From positions 128,001-192,000 of the forward strand of contig JBKAGE010000078.1 in the NCBI GenBank assembly GCA_046290225.1: a DNA stretch of 64,000 nt, written 5' to 3'. This stretch comes from Bradymonadia bacterium. GTDB taxonomy: Bacteria; Myxococcota_A; Bradymonadia; UBA7976; UBA1532. Position numbers and translations under genes: made by a program. This document shows, one piece after another, positions 9,299 to 18,562 of the stretch; position 1 is the stretch's first letter; each line of letters starts with the position of its first letter. The notes below the pieces were generated by a model. The model made no database searches. It had not been told where the DNA came from and worked only from the letters and a program-made list of their open reading frames with translations.

Positions 9299-12079
9299 TC
9301 AGGGGATGAGGTAGTCGATCTCCACCTCGAGGGTGCTCAAGAAGCCCTGGTTCGTGCCCGCGACATCCTCGATGAGGAGTTCGAAGGTACCGTTTGCAGG
9401 CAGACCCTGGAAACCACGGTAGACGCGGTTGTCGAGGTCGATGTCAGGCCGACCAGCATCGAAGAAGAAGTCATCGTCGAATCCGCCATCTCGGCCATCC
9501 TCGTCGCCGAGGCGGTTCCACACGATGGCGATGTCCTCACCGTTCCAGCGTGCCGTAATGCGCACGTCGAGCAGGTTGTCATGCTCGAGGAACAGATCGC
9601 TGATCTCAAGGCGGCGAATGACGGCACCCTCGGGGGCATCCTGGAACTGCAGTGGCACGACGATCTGGCCATTGTCGGGGATGTTGTTGACTTGGTTGTC
9701 GAAGCCTTCAGTCTCGGACTGCAGCCCACCGGTGGACCGCACGAGGTTGTAGTTACCAGTATCGCTGCCGGCGCCATAGACACGGACGGCGTAACGACCA
9801 GCCTGGTAGTCACCCTCGATGATCTCGTCATCGGTGAAGGTCACAGCGCGGCGGACCGGAGCGGCCACGTCCTCGCGGTAGAGCTCCATGTCGAGATCGG
9901 TGTCGCCGGTGTGGTCAAAGAGCAGGTCGAGGCGCAGGTTGCCGCCGGCATGGTCGAAGCCGTACCAGTCGTCATCATAGTCGCACACGGCCAGCGCCTG
10001 GGCAGGCTCCGGGAAGCGGAAGTTCGCGTACTCGCGGGTGTCGTTGTGCTCGGTGGAGAGACCCTTCACGTCGTCGATGCACTGCTGGAACACGTTCACG
10101 GTCATCTGGTAGTCGTTCGTGGCGCCCTGGTAGCCGTAGACGCGCACGTAGTACGTGGTGCCTGCGGTGGCGCGGCGATCGTACACAGTCTCCAGGCCTT
10201 CGACGCCCGTGCTGGAGTCCACCTGCACCAGACCGTCGTTGGTGGCCTTGAGCAGCTCCATGTCGAGATCGCCTTCCAGGGACTCGTCGTCGGCCTCGAA
10301 GAAGATGTCCACCTCGAGCCCGTCGCCCTCTTGCAGCACGATGCGGTACCAGTCCTCGTCGCCGGAGCAGAGGACCAGGTTGCCGTACTGCACGCCGCGG
10401 GTGTTGCCGTCTTCCACAGCGGTGGCCGTGGCGGAGCTGCCGTTGGCGGCGAGGTTGTCGAAGGCATCTTCCATGCACGCGTCGGGGGTGCTGGGATCAC
10501 AATCGTCGTCGATGCCGTTGTTCACGATCTCGCGCAGACCAGGGACATCGGGGTTGTCGGGCTCGCAGTCCACGTCGTCGGGCACCTGGTCGCCGTCGCG
10601 ATCCATGATCGGCATACCGCAGGCCACGTCACCGCCGCGGCAGTCGTGGTCGATGCCGTCGCCACAGTTGGTGTCGGCGTTCTCCACTGCGTCGGGGTTC
10701 ACGGCAGCGTTGTTGTCGTCGCACTCGTCGGCGCGGTTGAAGCCGTCATCGTCGAGATCGTCGTCGGGGGTGCCGCCGCGGCAGTCGTCGTCCACGCCGT
10801 TGTAAGGCACCTCTTCAGCCTCGGGGTTGGCGTTGGGGTTCTCGTCGTTGCAGTCGATGCCGCCCACGTCGAGGCCCTCGAAACCGTCGCCGTCCTGATC
10901 GCGATCGTTGGTCTCTTCGCTGCAGTCCTCGTCGACGCCGTTGTAGTAAACCTCCGAGGCGTTGGGGTTCACGTTGGCGTTGTTGTCGTCGCAGTCCTCG
11001 GGGGTGCGGAAGCCGTCACCGTCGAGATCGTTGTCGGGGGTGTCGGCGTTGCAGTCGTCGTCCACGCCGTTGTAGGGCGTCTCGGGGACGTTGGGGTTGA
11101 CCTCGCTGTTGTCGTCGTTGCAGTCACCGTCGACCTCGGTCACGCCATCGCCGTCACGGTCCACGGCCATGGCCATGCGATCCATGCCGTCGCAGTCCTG
11201 GTCGATGCCGTCGCCGGGGATGTCGCGGGCCTCAGGGTTGATGTGGGCAGCGCGATCGTCGCAGTCCTCGGCCTTGCCGAAGCCATCGCCGTCGAGATCG
11301 TCGTCCCGGGTCTCCTCGTTACAGTCGTCGTCCTTACCGTTGTAAGGGACCTCGGAGGCCAGCGGGCTCACGTCGGCGTCGTTGTCGTCGCAGTCACCGC
11401 GGGCAGCGCTCACGCCGTCGCCGTCGTTGTCCACCTCGCCACAAACAGGATCGGACCCGTCGCAGTTGTGGTCGATGCCGTCGTCACACAGGGTGTTGGC
11501 GTCCTCGGTCACCCCGGGGTTCACCGCGACGTTGTTGTCGTCGCAGTCGGGGCCCGGATCACAGCCCTGGCCATAGCCGTCGCCGTCGCCATCCTGGCAC
11601 TCCTGCACATCGGCGATACAGCGGTTCTGAGCCGAACACATCTGGCCAATGTCGCAGTGGGTGTTGTTGATGCACTCCACGTCGAGGCAGCTGCCGTTGT
11701 CAGCACAGAGGCCCATGCCCACGCAGTCGCGGTCGTCGTTGCACTGGGTGTTCATGCTGCCGGAGCAGAGGTAGGTGTTGGGATCACAGGTCTGCCCGGG
11801 GGGGCAGCTCTTCTCTCGGTTGCACTCACCAGGCTGACACGTCACCCCGACGCACACCTGACCAGGGCCACACTGGAAGTCCGAAGAGCACCCCGTGTTG
11901 CCACCGCCGGCGCCACCGACGCCGCCACCGCCGCCAGCACCCGCGACACCGCCGCCAGCACCTGCGACACCGCCGCCGGCTCCAGCGGTTCCGCCGCCGT
12001 CTTCGGAGCTGTCTGCACAGCCGTAGCCGATCATCGAGCCTACAATCAGGGCCATCCCCAGCGACCTTCGCCGCAGCAT
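9299..12079 (-). CDS. Lipoprotein with Cys-rich N-terminus, 8 putative metal-binding DxDGDG..DCDD..NP..DxDC repeats, two PPC-like domains and a C-terminal P-domain-like module
   Basis: Lipobox IGYGC; Gly-rich linker; 8 counted repeats; DEDWYR/DDDWYG...DLDMEL...YYVRVY (PPC-like); ANGTFELLIEDVAG..G.L (proprotein-convertase P-domain-like). Confidence 0.8.
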   Translation of the reverse strand: MLRRRSLGMALIVGSMIGYGCADSSEDGGGTAGAGGGVAGAGGGVAGAGGGGGVGGAGGGNTGCSSDFQCGPGQVCVGVTCQPGECNREKSCPPGQTCDPNTYLCSGSMNTQCNDDRDCVGMGLCADNGSCLDVECINNTHCDIGQMCSAQNRCIADVQECQDGDGDGYGQGCDPGPDCDDNNVAVNPGVTEDANTLCDDGIDHNCDGSDPVCGEVDNDGDGVSAARGDCDDNDADVSPLASEVPYNGKDDDCNEETRDDDLDGDGFGKAEDCDDRAAHINPEARDIPGDGIDQDCDGMDRMAMAVDRDGDGVTEVDGDCNDDNSEVNPNVPETPYNGVDDDCNADTPDNDLDGDGFRTPEDCDDNNANVNPNASEVYYNGVDEDCSEETNDRDQDGDGFEGLDVGGIDCNDENPNANPEAEEVPYNGVDDDCRGGTPDDDLDDDGFNRADECDDNNAAVNPDAVENADTNCGDGIDHDCRGGDVACGMPIMDRDGDQVPDDVDCEPDNPDVPGLREIVNNGIDDDCDPSTPDACMEDAFDNLAANGSSATATAVEDGNTRGVQYGNLVLCSGDEDWYRIVLQEGDGLEVDIFFEADDESLEGDLDMELLKATNDGLVQVDSSTGVEGLETVYDRRATAGTTYYVRVYGYQGATNDYQMTVNVFQQCIDDVKGLSTEHNDTREYANFRFPEPAQALAVCDYDDDWYGFDHAGGNLRLDLLFDHTGDTDLDMELYREDVAAPVRRAVTFTDDEIIEGDYQAGRYAVRVYGAGSDTGNYNLVRSTGGLQSETEGFDNQVNNIPDNGQIVVPLQFQDAPEGAVIRRLEISDLFLEHDNLLDVRITARWNGEDIAIVWNRLGDEDGRDGGFDDDFFFDAGRPDIDLDNRVYRGFQGLPANGTFELLIEDVAGTNQGFLSTLEVEIDYLIP

Positions 12080-12350
12080 CTGCGTCTCCTTTCAGCCCGC
12101 CAGGGGCCTTCACTGCTCACTGCTCTGTCACAACACCCTCTTATATCGCCTCAGCACGAAATCGGAATGTTCGACAGAACGCACATACTACGCCATCAGC
12201 CCCAACGTGGGATACCCCCGCATCAGGCCAGGCGAGGGATGTGTGCCTCAGTGAAGGGGGTCAGTGCAAGATGTTGCCCGTGTGTTGATGCGTAAATCCC
12301 CCATAAGTTCCCGAAATTCAGACTCTATCGAGCTCCAACAGGAGGAACCG

Positions 12351-13736
12351 ATGCGCCGACCCTCTCGGCCCCTATTTTGTCCGCCAAACCAGTCCTTTAT
12401 GCGCCGCGTGGCCCTCATGGCCGCCCTCTCCCTGACCACGTTCGCTTGCGACGACAGCGCCAGCACGGATGACGGAGAAGAGATCGACGCCATGGCTCAA
12501 GGCGGCGCCGGTGGCGCTGTTGGTGGCGCCGGTGGAGCCGCCGGAGCAGGCGGAGAGCCCATGGGCGGCGCAGGCGGTGAGCCTGTTGGAGGTGAGGGCG
12601 GCGCAGGAGGTGCCATAGGTGGCGCCGGCGGAGAGCCCATGGGCGGCGCAGGTGGTGAGCCTGTCATCGGCGAGTGTGACGAGATCGGCGACTCGGTGGA
12701 GGTCATCGAGGAGACCGTCACCCTCGCGAGCGGCGAATCAGAGGAGATGGTTCTCGATCTGCCCGACGATGTGCTCAGCGTCACTCTGATCATCGTCGGT
12801 GAGGAGGGCAACCTCTACTCCCTCCTCCAGTTCTCCGGCCCCGAGGGTCAGGTGCACATCTCCGAGCGCCCCATCGGGTACATGCCCAGCCAGCTCGATC
12901 AGTTCCTGTCGCCCTGGCCTGGGGCCTTCTTCAGCCCCAACCGCGCGGCGCCCAGCGAGGTGGTGGCTGGCGTGCTCGTACCCAACAACCCCGAGCTCGA
13001 GGTTACGGGCGGAGAGTGGCGCTACAAGGTCGTGGGCGCTTCAGCGCAGGGCGCCCCCATCTCTGGCGATGTCCAGGTCGTTGCACTGGTGAAGCGCGCC
13101 CCGGAGCGCCCCACGTGCGGACGCCTCGACATGCACTTCTACTTCACCGGCTCCAAGGGCTGGACGGCGGACACCGCCGCTGAGGATCCGGAGTTCCAGG
13201 CCGCCTTCGGCCGCATGGTGGACTTCTACGCCCCACTGGGCATCGAGGTTCACGCTGCGAGCTTTGACGACGTCGACGGCAGCTTCGCCGTGGTGGACGG
13301 CATCCAGGGGGCCAACAATGAGCTGCACCAGCTCTTCGCCGAGTCGCTCTACGACGATGGCGTGAACCTGTTCTTTGTGGAGCGCATCGGTGGGCAGTTT
13401 GGCGGTGGCATCGGCGGCATCTCTGGCGGCGTGCCTGGGCCCAACCTGATCTCGGGCACCGCGCGGAGCGGCGTGGTGGTCACCACCGAGCTCGATCCCA
13501 ACCCCCTGGCCATCGGCCACATCATGGGCCACGAGGTGGGTCACTACTTGGGACTTTTCCACACCAGCGAGGCGTTGATCCCAGGTGTGAACGATACCGT
13601 GCCCGACACCCCTGAGGGTCAAGCGTCGAACACCAACCTCATGTTCCCCACGGTGACCGACGGCGAAGCCTCCATGACCGAGGGTCAGGGCACCGTGCTG
13701 CACAACAACGCCACCATCTACACCGGGGAGGAGTAA
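12351..13736 (+). CDS. Lipoprotein zinc metallopeptidase (metzincin, M43/pappalysin-like)
   Basis: AGGAGG RBS; lipobox TFAC; HEVGHYLGLFH zinc motif; DTP and Met-turn NLMFP. Confidence 0.8.
   Translation: MRRPSRPLFCPPNQSFMRRVALMAALSLTTFACDDSASTDDGEEIDAMAQGGAGGAVGGAGGAAGAGGEPMGGAGGEPVGGEGGAGGAIGGAGGEPMGGAGGEPVIGECDEIGDSVEVIEETVTLASGESEEMVLDLPDDVLSVTLIIVGEEGNLYSLLQFSGPEGQVHISERPIGYMPSQLDQFLSPWPGAFFSPNRAAPSEVVAGVLVPNNPELEVTGGEWRYKVVGASAQGAPISGDVQVVALVKRAPERPTCGRLDMHFYFTGSKGWTADTAAEDPEFQAAFGRMVDFYAPLGIEVHAASFDDVDGSFAVVDGIQGANNELHQLFAESLYDDGVNLFFVERIGGQFGGGIGGISGGVPGPNLISGTARSGVVVTTELDPNPLAIGHIMGHEVGHYLGLFHTSEALIPGVNDTVPDTPEGQASNTNLMFPTVTDGEASMTEGQGTVLHNNATIYTGEE
12549..12664. repeat. 38-bp direct repeat (78-bp period) in the GGAGGEPM linker
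   Basis: GGCGGAGAGCCCATGGGCGGCGCAGGYGGTGAGCCTGT at 12549 and 12627, one mismatch. Confidence 0.85.
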
Positions 13737-13739
13737 GCC

Positions 13740-14222
13740 ATGTCGTCCATGATCAAGATCCTGACCCTCGCGCTGGCCCTCGCCGCCTCTGTCGCGGGCG
13801 CAGCCCACGCAGCCCCGGCCTATCTGACCGACGGCGATCACCGGGCAGAGCTCGTGCTCCGCTCGATGGACACCCCGCTCACTGCAGACGTCATCGCCAA
13901 GGCAGGCATCACCGAGCAGCTGGCCATCAAACTGCTCCAGGCCCCTGAGGCCCGGCCCTACGATCGGGTGCGGGCGGTGAGCGCCCTGGCCTTCTTCCCC
14001 ACCGACACCGCCTTCTCGGCTGTGGCCGAGCAGATCCGCCTCGGGGCCACCGAGTCGATCAAGATTCAGGCGGTCATCACTCTGGCTCGGGCCTTTGGCC
14101 CTCAGCGCAGCGACGCGGTGAAGTCGATCTTGAGCGCCCTGCCCACCACGGGCAAACTCGGAGAGCACGTCGCTCGCGAGCGGGCTCGCCTGCTCGATCG
14201 GGAGACCCCCACCGCGCGCTGA
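13740..14222 (+). CDS. Secreted HEAT-repeat-like protein
   Basis: Signal peptide ending AHA; RVRAVSALAFF and KIQAVITLAR helical repeats; starts 3 bp after the peptidase stop. Confidence 0.6.
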   Translation: MSSMIKILTLALALAASVAGAAHAAPAYLTDGDHRAELVLRSMDTPLTADVIAKAGITEQLAIKLLQAPEARPYDRVRAVSALAFFPTDTAFSAVAEQIRLGATESIKIQAVITLARAFGPQRSDAVKSILSALPTTGKLGEHVARERARLLDRETPTAR

Positions 14223-14230
14223 GGTCGAAC

Positions 14231-15436
14231 ATGTGGGCGCCTGACAACCGCCTGGCCCCCTTCCAGGTCACGACGCAGATCCTCGATGCGCTTCGCTCTG
14301 GCCAGCCGACGCACCCCTGGCTGAGCCCCCTCGCCACCCACCTGTCCAGGCTCGACATCGATCAGAGCCAGCATCTGAGCCGATATTGCCGGCATGGGCT
14401 GGAGCCCATCGATCTGCGCACCAGTGCCCCCGCCGGCGCCATGCTCAAGACCCCCAATGGTTGGGCCCTCGCCGCCATGCTGAGCTTCCACGGCAGTGGC
14501 TATGTCCGAGAGCAAGCCACACGCTGGCTCGCGGCCAAGAGCATCCCTGAGGTGCTTCCCTTCTTGATCCTGCGCATGAACGACTGGACACCAGCGGTGC
14601 GGGCCGTGGCCCTCGAGGCCATGGATCGCAGGCTGGCGCAGCCATGGGCGCCGGCGCTGCTCAAGCATTTGGGCAGCCTCCTGGCCCTCAAGCGCTGGAA
14701 GCGGGTAAACCACAAGCCGTTCTGGCAGCGACTGATTCAATTCCTCGGCGCCCCAGAGCAGCTCGAAGATGTGATCAGGAGCCTCGACACCTCCGACACG
14801 GAGAGCCGGCGTCAGCTCTACCCGTTGGCGCTCTCTGCGGCCCCCCATCGAGGGCTTGAGCTGATTCAGCGGGCCATCGCAGAGCGCGACGCTCGTCTGC
14901 GTCGTTGGGCCATCAAAGAGCTGATAAGACACCCAGAGTGGTGCTCCACAGCGTTGTTGGCGCCTCTGCTGCTGGACGAGGCCCTGGTTATCCGGGGTGA
15001 GGCCCAACGCATGCAGCACCAAGCTGACGGCACCTTTGATCAGGCGGCACTCTATCGAGAAAAGATCATTGAAGGCGGGCCGACCCTGAGGGCGGCCCTC
15101 TTCGGCCTTGGCGAGTCTGGCGGCTCAGAAGAAGCGGTGCACATCGCCCCCTTCCTGCAGCACGAAACCACATCGATTCAGAGAGCTGCCCTGTATGGGC
15201 TGGCCTACTGCGATCTGGATAATCAAGCGGAGACGGTCATCGCTCTGGTTGCCTCTCCTCGGCGCCGGGTCTCCAACGATGCTACAAACCAGCTGATTCG
15301 CTCTCCGCACCTGGTGGTGGCTCACCGCGCGCTCATCGAGGGCTTGCTCACCGCCGATGCCCCATCTTTTGTACGCACCAACGCCGAGCTGGCCCTGGAG
15401 GCCGGTGACGCATACACGGAACGCTGGTTGTCATGA
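14231..15436 (+). CDS. HEAT-repeat domain protein
   Basis: SFHGSGYVREQA, NDWTPAVRAVALEA, DARLRRWA, IQRAALYGL. Confidence 0.65.
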   Translation: MWAPDNRLAPFQVTTQILDALRSGQPTHPWLSPLATHLSRLDIDQSQHLSRYCRHGLEPIDLRTSAPAGAMLKTPNGWALAAMLSFHGSGYVREQATRWLAAKSIPEVLPFLILRMNDWTPAVRAVALEAMDRRLAQPWAPALLKHLGSLLALKRWKRVNHKPFWQRLIQFLGAPEQLEDVIRSLDTSDTESRRQLYPLALSAAPHRGLELIQRAIAERDARLRRWAIKELIRHPEWCSTALLAPLLLDEALVIRGEAQRMQHQADGTFDQAALYREKIIEGGPTLRAALFGLGESGGSEEAVHIAPFLQHETTSIQRAALYGLAYCDLDNQAETVIALVASPRRRVSNDATNQLIRSPHLVVAHRALIEGLLTADAPSFVRTNAELALEAGDAYTERWLS

Positions 15437-16353
15437 GTGTTGATCTGCCCACCTCAGAGACCGTCACCGAAGCTGTCAGCCGGGCTGCAGCCCGCAGGCT
15501 CGAGGACGACACACTCGGGGCCCTCGAACACGTGCGCCTGTTCGACGGCGGTACGGATGGCGTACGTGGGCTCTTCATCGAAGCCTTCGGACCCGCCCAC
15601 GCCCGCCGACTGCGGGTCACCGGACCTCCAGACCTGGCGCCGCTCCAGCAGGCCATCCTCAAAGGCCTGCCTGAGGCACATGGTGTGTACTGGCGGTTTG
15701 GCCACGCCCATCAACAAGGGCCTGACGATGGCGAAATGCAGGTAGCAGAGTACGGCTTGAAGTATCACGTACAGTTGCTCGGGCAGCGAAACGCCGGGCT
15801 GTTCCCTCAGGTGCGCATCGCCCGTCGGTGGCTGCGCGAGCACGTCGAGGGGCGCCGGATCCTCAATCTGTTCTCGTACACGTGCGCCTTTGGGGTGGTG
15901 GCCGCCGCCCACGGCGCGCGGTCCACCATCAATGTGGATACAGCCAAAGGCGTACTCGCCAAGGGGCAAGCCAACTACGCCCTCAACAGTCTCTCCATCG
16001 ATCCCCGGGCGTTTTGGCGGGAGAGCGCGAAGGAAGCACTCAAGCAGTTGAAGAAGAGAGGGACTCGTCTGGACGGCGTCATCATCGATCCGCCGCCAAG
16101 AGCAGTCTTCGACAAGAGCAAGCGATGGCGATTCGATCCTCTGAAGGATCTCTGCCCCACCGTGAGCGCCTCTGCGGCCCTCCTCGACGAAGGCGGGTGG
16201 TTGATGGTGGTGAACGCCGGGGCCCGTGTGACCGACGAGGCTCTCATCGAAGCCGCAGGGCTCGGCGCGCCGATCTGGACGGCCACGCCAGACGCCGACT
16301 GCCCGACACCAGAAGGCCGACCACCCGTGCGGATGATGGTGATGTCACGCTGA
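15433..16353 (+). CDS. Class I SAM-dependent (rRNA) methyltransferase, RlmI/RlmK-like
   Basis: EYGLKYHV, ILNLFSYTCAF, NVD, IIDPP motifs; ATGA overlap with the upstream gene. Confidence 0.8.
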   Translation: MSVDLPTSETVTEAVSRAAARRLEDDTLGALEHVRLFDGGTDGVRGLFIEAFGPAHARRLRVTGPPDLAPLQQAILKGLPEAHGVYWRFGHAHQQGPDDGEMQVAEYGLKYHVQLLGQRNAGLFPQVRIARRWLREHVEGRRILNLFSYTCAFGVVAAAHGARSTINVDTAKGVLAKGQANYALNSLSIDPRAFWRESAKEALKQLKKRGTRLDGVIIDPPPRAVFDKSKRWRFDPLKDLCPTVSASAALLDEGGWLMVVNAGARVTDEALIEAAGLGAPIWTATPDADCPTPEGRPPVRMMVMSR

Positions 16354-16356
16354 GGG

Positions 16357-16719
16357 CTAGCCTCGGTAGATCACCTTGGAGACGTCGTTCTCTCGAAGCA
16401 CCAGCTGAACGAGGCCCTCAAGCTGGGGGGCGAGCCGATCCCAGAACCACGTCACGAGCACCTCGCTCGTGGGGTTGGACAAGCCCTCGATCTCGTTCAA
16501 GTAATTGTGATCGACCTGATCCCGAAGTGGGTTCACGGCCTTCTCGATGTCGCCGAAGTCGATGACGAACCCGGTCTCGGGATCCATCTCCCCCGCCACG
16601 TGAATGTCCAGGTAGAACGCCAGACCATACAGGTTCTTACAGGGATGGCCGTCGGGCACTCGGGGCAGGCGGCGGGCAGACTCGAAACGGATGGTGTGGA
16701 CCAGCTCGTAGTGACTCAC
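16357..16719 (-). CDS. queD: QueD (6-carboxytetrahydropterin synthase) homologue with substituted Zn ligands
   Basis: Colinear with E. coli-type QueD (GFVIDF, DHNYLNEIEGLSNPTSE, YRG end). Probable GTG start at 16719 gives 120 aa. See findings for the His losses. Confidence 0.8.
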   Translation of the reverse strand: MSHYELVHTIRFESARRLPRVPDGHPCKNLYGLAFYLDIHVAGEMDPETGFVIDFGDIEKAVNPLRDQVDHNYLNEIEGLSNPTSEVLVTWFWDRLAPQLEGLVQLVLRENDVSKVIYRG

Positions 16720-16775
16720 TCGATGTCCTCGTGTCAGTGATGGGGCGCTGGAGTGCGCCTCCCCGTAATGGATGA

Positions 16776-17903
16776 TCAGCAGGGCTCTGGGGTGGCATCG
16801 TCGACGATCACCGCGGGATCGAGATAGCGATGCACCCCCCCGAGGGGGCTCTCCATCCACCACTCCCCTGGATGCTCTCCTCGACGTACGTGGCTGCTGT
16901 CCACCGGTACCTTGCCCAGGCCTCCGGGGATGTCAATGACGTACGTGGGCCACGCGAGGCCGGTGAGGCGACCGCGCAAGCGCTTCACGAGGGCCAGCCC
17001 GTCGTCGATGCTCACACGGAAATGCTGTGTGCCCACCGTGAGATCAGGATGATGCAAATAGTAGGGCCGAACCTGACGATCGACGAGGGCTTCGCACAGC
17101 TCGGCGAGCACCTCGGCGCTGTCGTTGACGCCCTTGAGCAGCACCGACTGGTTGAGCACCGTCACCCCTGCCCGCACCAGGCGCTCAAGGGCTTCTGTGG
17201 CCTCGGTGGTCAGCTCACGTGGGTGATTGAAGTGGGCCACGAGGTAGAGCGGACGCGCCTGCCCCAGCACCTCTGCGAGGGCGTCATCCACCCGCATGGG
17301 CAAGGTCACGGGCACTCGCGTGTGGATCCTCAGGCGTTTGATCGAGGGCACCGAGAGCACGCGCTCCAGCAGCTTGCCGAGGCGGGCATCAGGCAACAAC
17401 AGCGGATCCCCGCCACTGAGAATGATCTCTTTGATCTCAGGATGTTTCGAAAGATACGTGATGCTCTCGTCAAGGGCCTGATGCAGCCGGATGTCCTCGG
17501 TGTTGAGGGCCACCTTGCGAAAGCAGTAACGGCAATACATCGGGCACCTGAGGGTGGGCAGCAGCAGCGCTCGATCAGGGTATCGATGAATCAGCAACTC
17601 GGTGGGTGAGTGGGCGGCGTCACCGATGGGATCCGGGCGCTCCATCGGCCTCTCAAGCAACTCTGCCGCATCCGGGATCGCCTGCTTTCGGATCGGGCAG
17701 TCCGGATCATTCCAGTCTACGAGGCCGAGGTAGTAGGCGCTCACCTGCATGCGATAGCGAGCGGTGACCCGAGCCAGCTCGGCGCCCTGTGCAGGGTCGA
17801 TGAGGCCATCGTCGATGAGGGGCTGGATCTCGCGGACGCTGCCCACGAGCTGACGGCGCCAGTCATCCCGAGGGGTCGGGGTGGCGCGAGGGGGGGTGTT
17901 CAT
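16776..17903 (-). CDS. KamA-family radical SAM (lysine 2,3-aminomutase / EpmB-like)
   Basis: HRYPDR, CPMYCRYCFRK, LSGGDPL, HFNHPRE, NQSVLLKGVND, PYYLH, GGLGKVP (PLP lysine). Confidence 0.92.
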   Translation of the reverse strand: MNTPPRATPTPRDDWRRQLVGSVREIQPLIDDGLIDPAQGAELARVTARYRMQVSAYYLGLVDWNDPDCPIRKQAIPDAAELLERPMERPDPIGDAAHSPTELLIHRYPDRALLLPTLRCPMYCRYCFRKVALNTEDIRLHQALDESITYLSKHPEIKEIILSGGDPLLLPDARLGKLLERVLSVPSIKRLRIHTRVPVTLPMRVDDALAEVLGQARPLYLVAHFNHPRELTTEATEALERLVRAGVTVLNQSVLLKGVNDSAEVLAELCEALVDRQVRPYYLHHPDLTVGTQHFRVSIDDGLALVKRLRGRLTGLAWPTYVIDIPGGLGKVPVDSSHVRRGEHPGEWWMESPLGGVHRYLDPAVIVDDATPEPC

Positions 17904-18460
17904 TCGTCGGCGCCACCCTCTTCATCGGCGGGCGGCTCGGGGGCTTCTTTTGCAGCCTTGGCGGAGAGCTTGGCGTGCAACTTTTCGACCTTCTTGAGCT
18001 TTTTGCTGAGCTTCTTGATCTTCTTGGTGAACTGCTTGCGGATCTTCACGATGTTTTTGGCGAGCTTCTTCTGCTTCGCCGGCACATCTTCGGTCTGATA
18101 CGCCTCGAGCATGCTGCGGTGCTTCTCGATGTAGGTGTCCTGCAGCGGGATCCACTTCGAGATGATCTTGCCCAGGGCTTCGTCCACCTTGGCGTATCGC
18201 TCCTCGCCCTTCTGCAGCGCGTTGAACTTGGCCTGGATCTCCTCGCGGGCCTTGTTCACCTCTTCGAGGAGCTTGGCGTCGGGATCTTTCTGGGCGGCCT
18301 TCTCTTTGGGCTTGCGCTCTTCGAGCTCGGCGCCGAGGGCATCTCCCTCGAGATCAGCGGCCTCGGCCTCCAGATCAGCCCCCTGGGCGAAGGACATGCT
18401 GGGCACCAGGAGGGCCAGGGCGAGACACAGTGACATGGACAGCCGGGTGAACACGGTCAT
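17900..18460 (-). CDS. Secreted Lys/Glu-rich coiled-coil protein
   Basis: GAGGAG RBS, ATG 18460; signal peptide ending SFA; charged helical body. Confidence 0.7.
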   Translation of the reverse strand: MTVFTRLSMSLCLALALLVPSMSFAQGADLEAEAADLEGDALGAELEERKPKEKAAQKDPDAKLLEEVNKAREEIQAKFNALQKGEERYAKVDEALGKIISKWIPLQDTYIEKHRSMLEAYQTEDVPAKQKKLAKNIVKIRKQFTKKIKKLSKKLKKVEKLHAKLSAKAAKEAPEPPADEEGGADE

Positions 18461-18562
18461 GTTTTTTCTCCTCAACTCTTCTTTGAGGGCTCGTTGGAGC
18501 ACTCGATCGTCGACGCATGATGCGGCGTCGTCGGGCTGTGACGCAATGTTGGCCAACATATT

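Noticed and set aside
10490..11595. CRISPR-like periodic repeats
   Set aside because: Degenerate in-frame protein repeats; no identical repeat-spacer structure and no cas genes.
9095..12295. 1066-aa plus-strand ORF
   Set aside because: Antisense shadow of the repeat lipoprotein (Val-rich mirror of GAC/AAC codons); no motifs.
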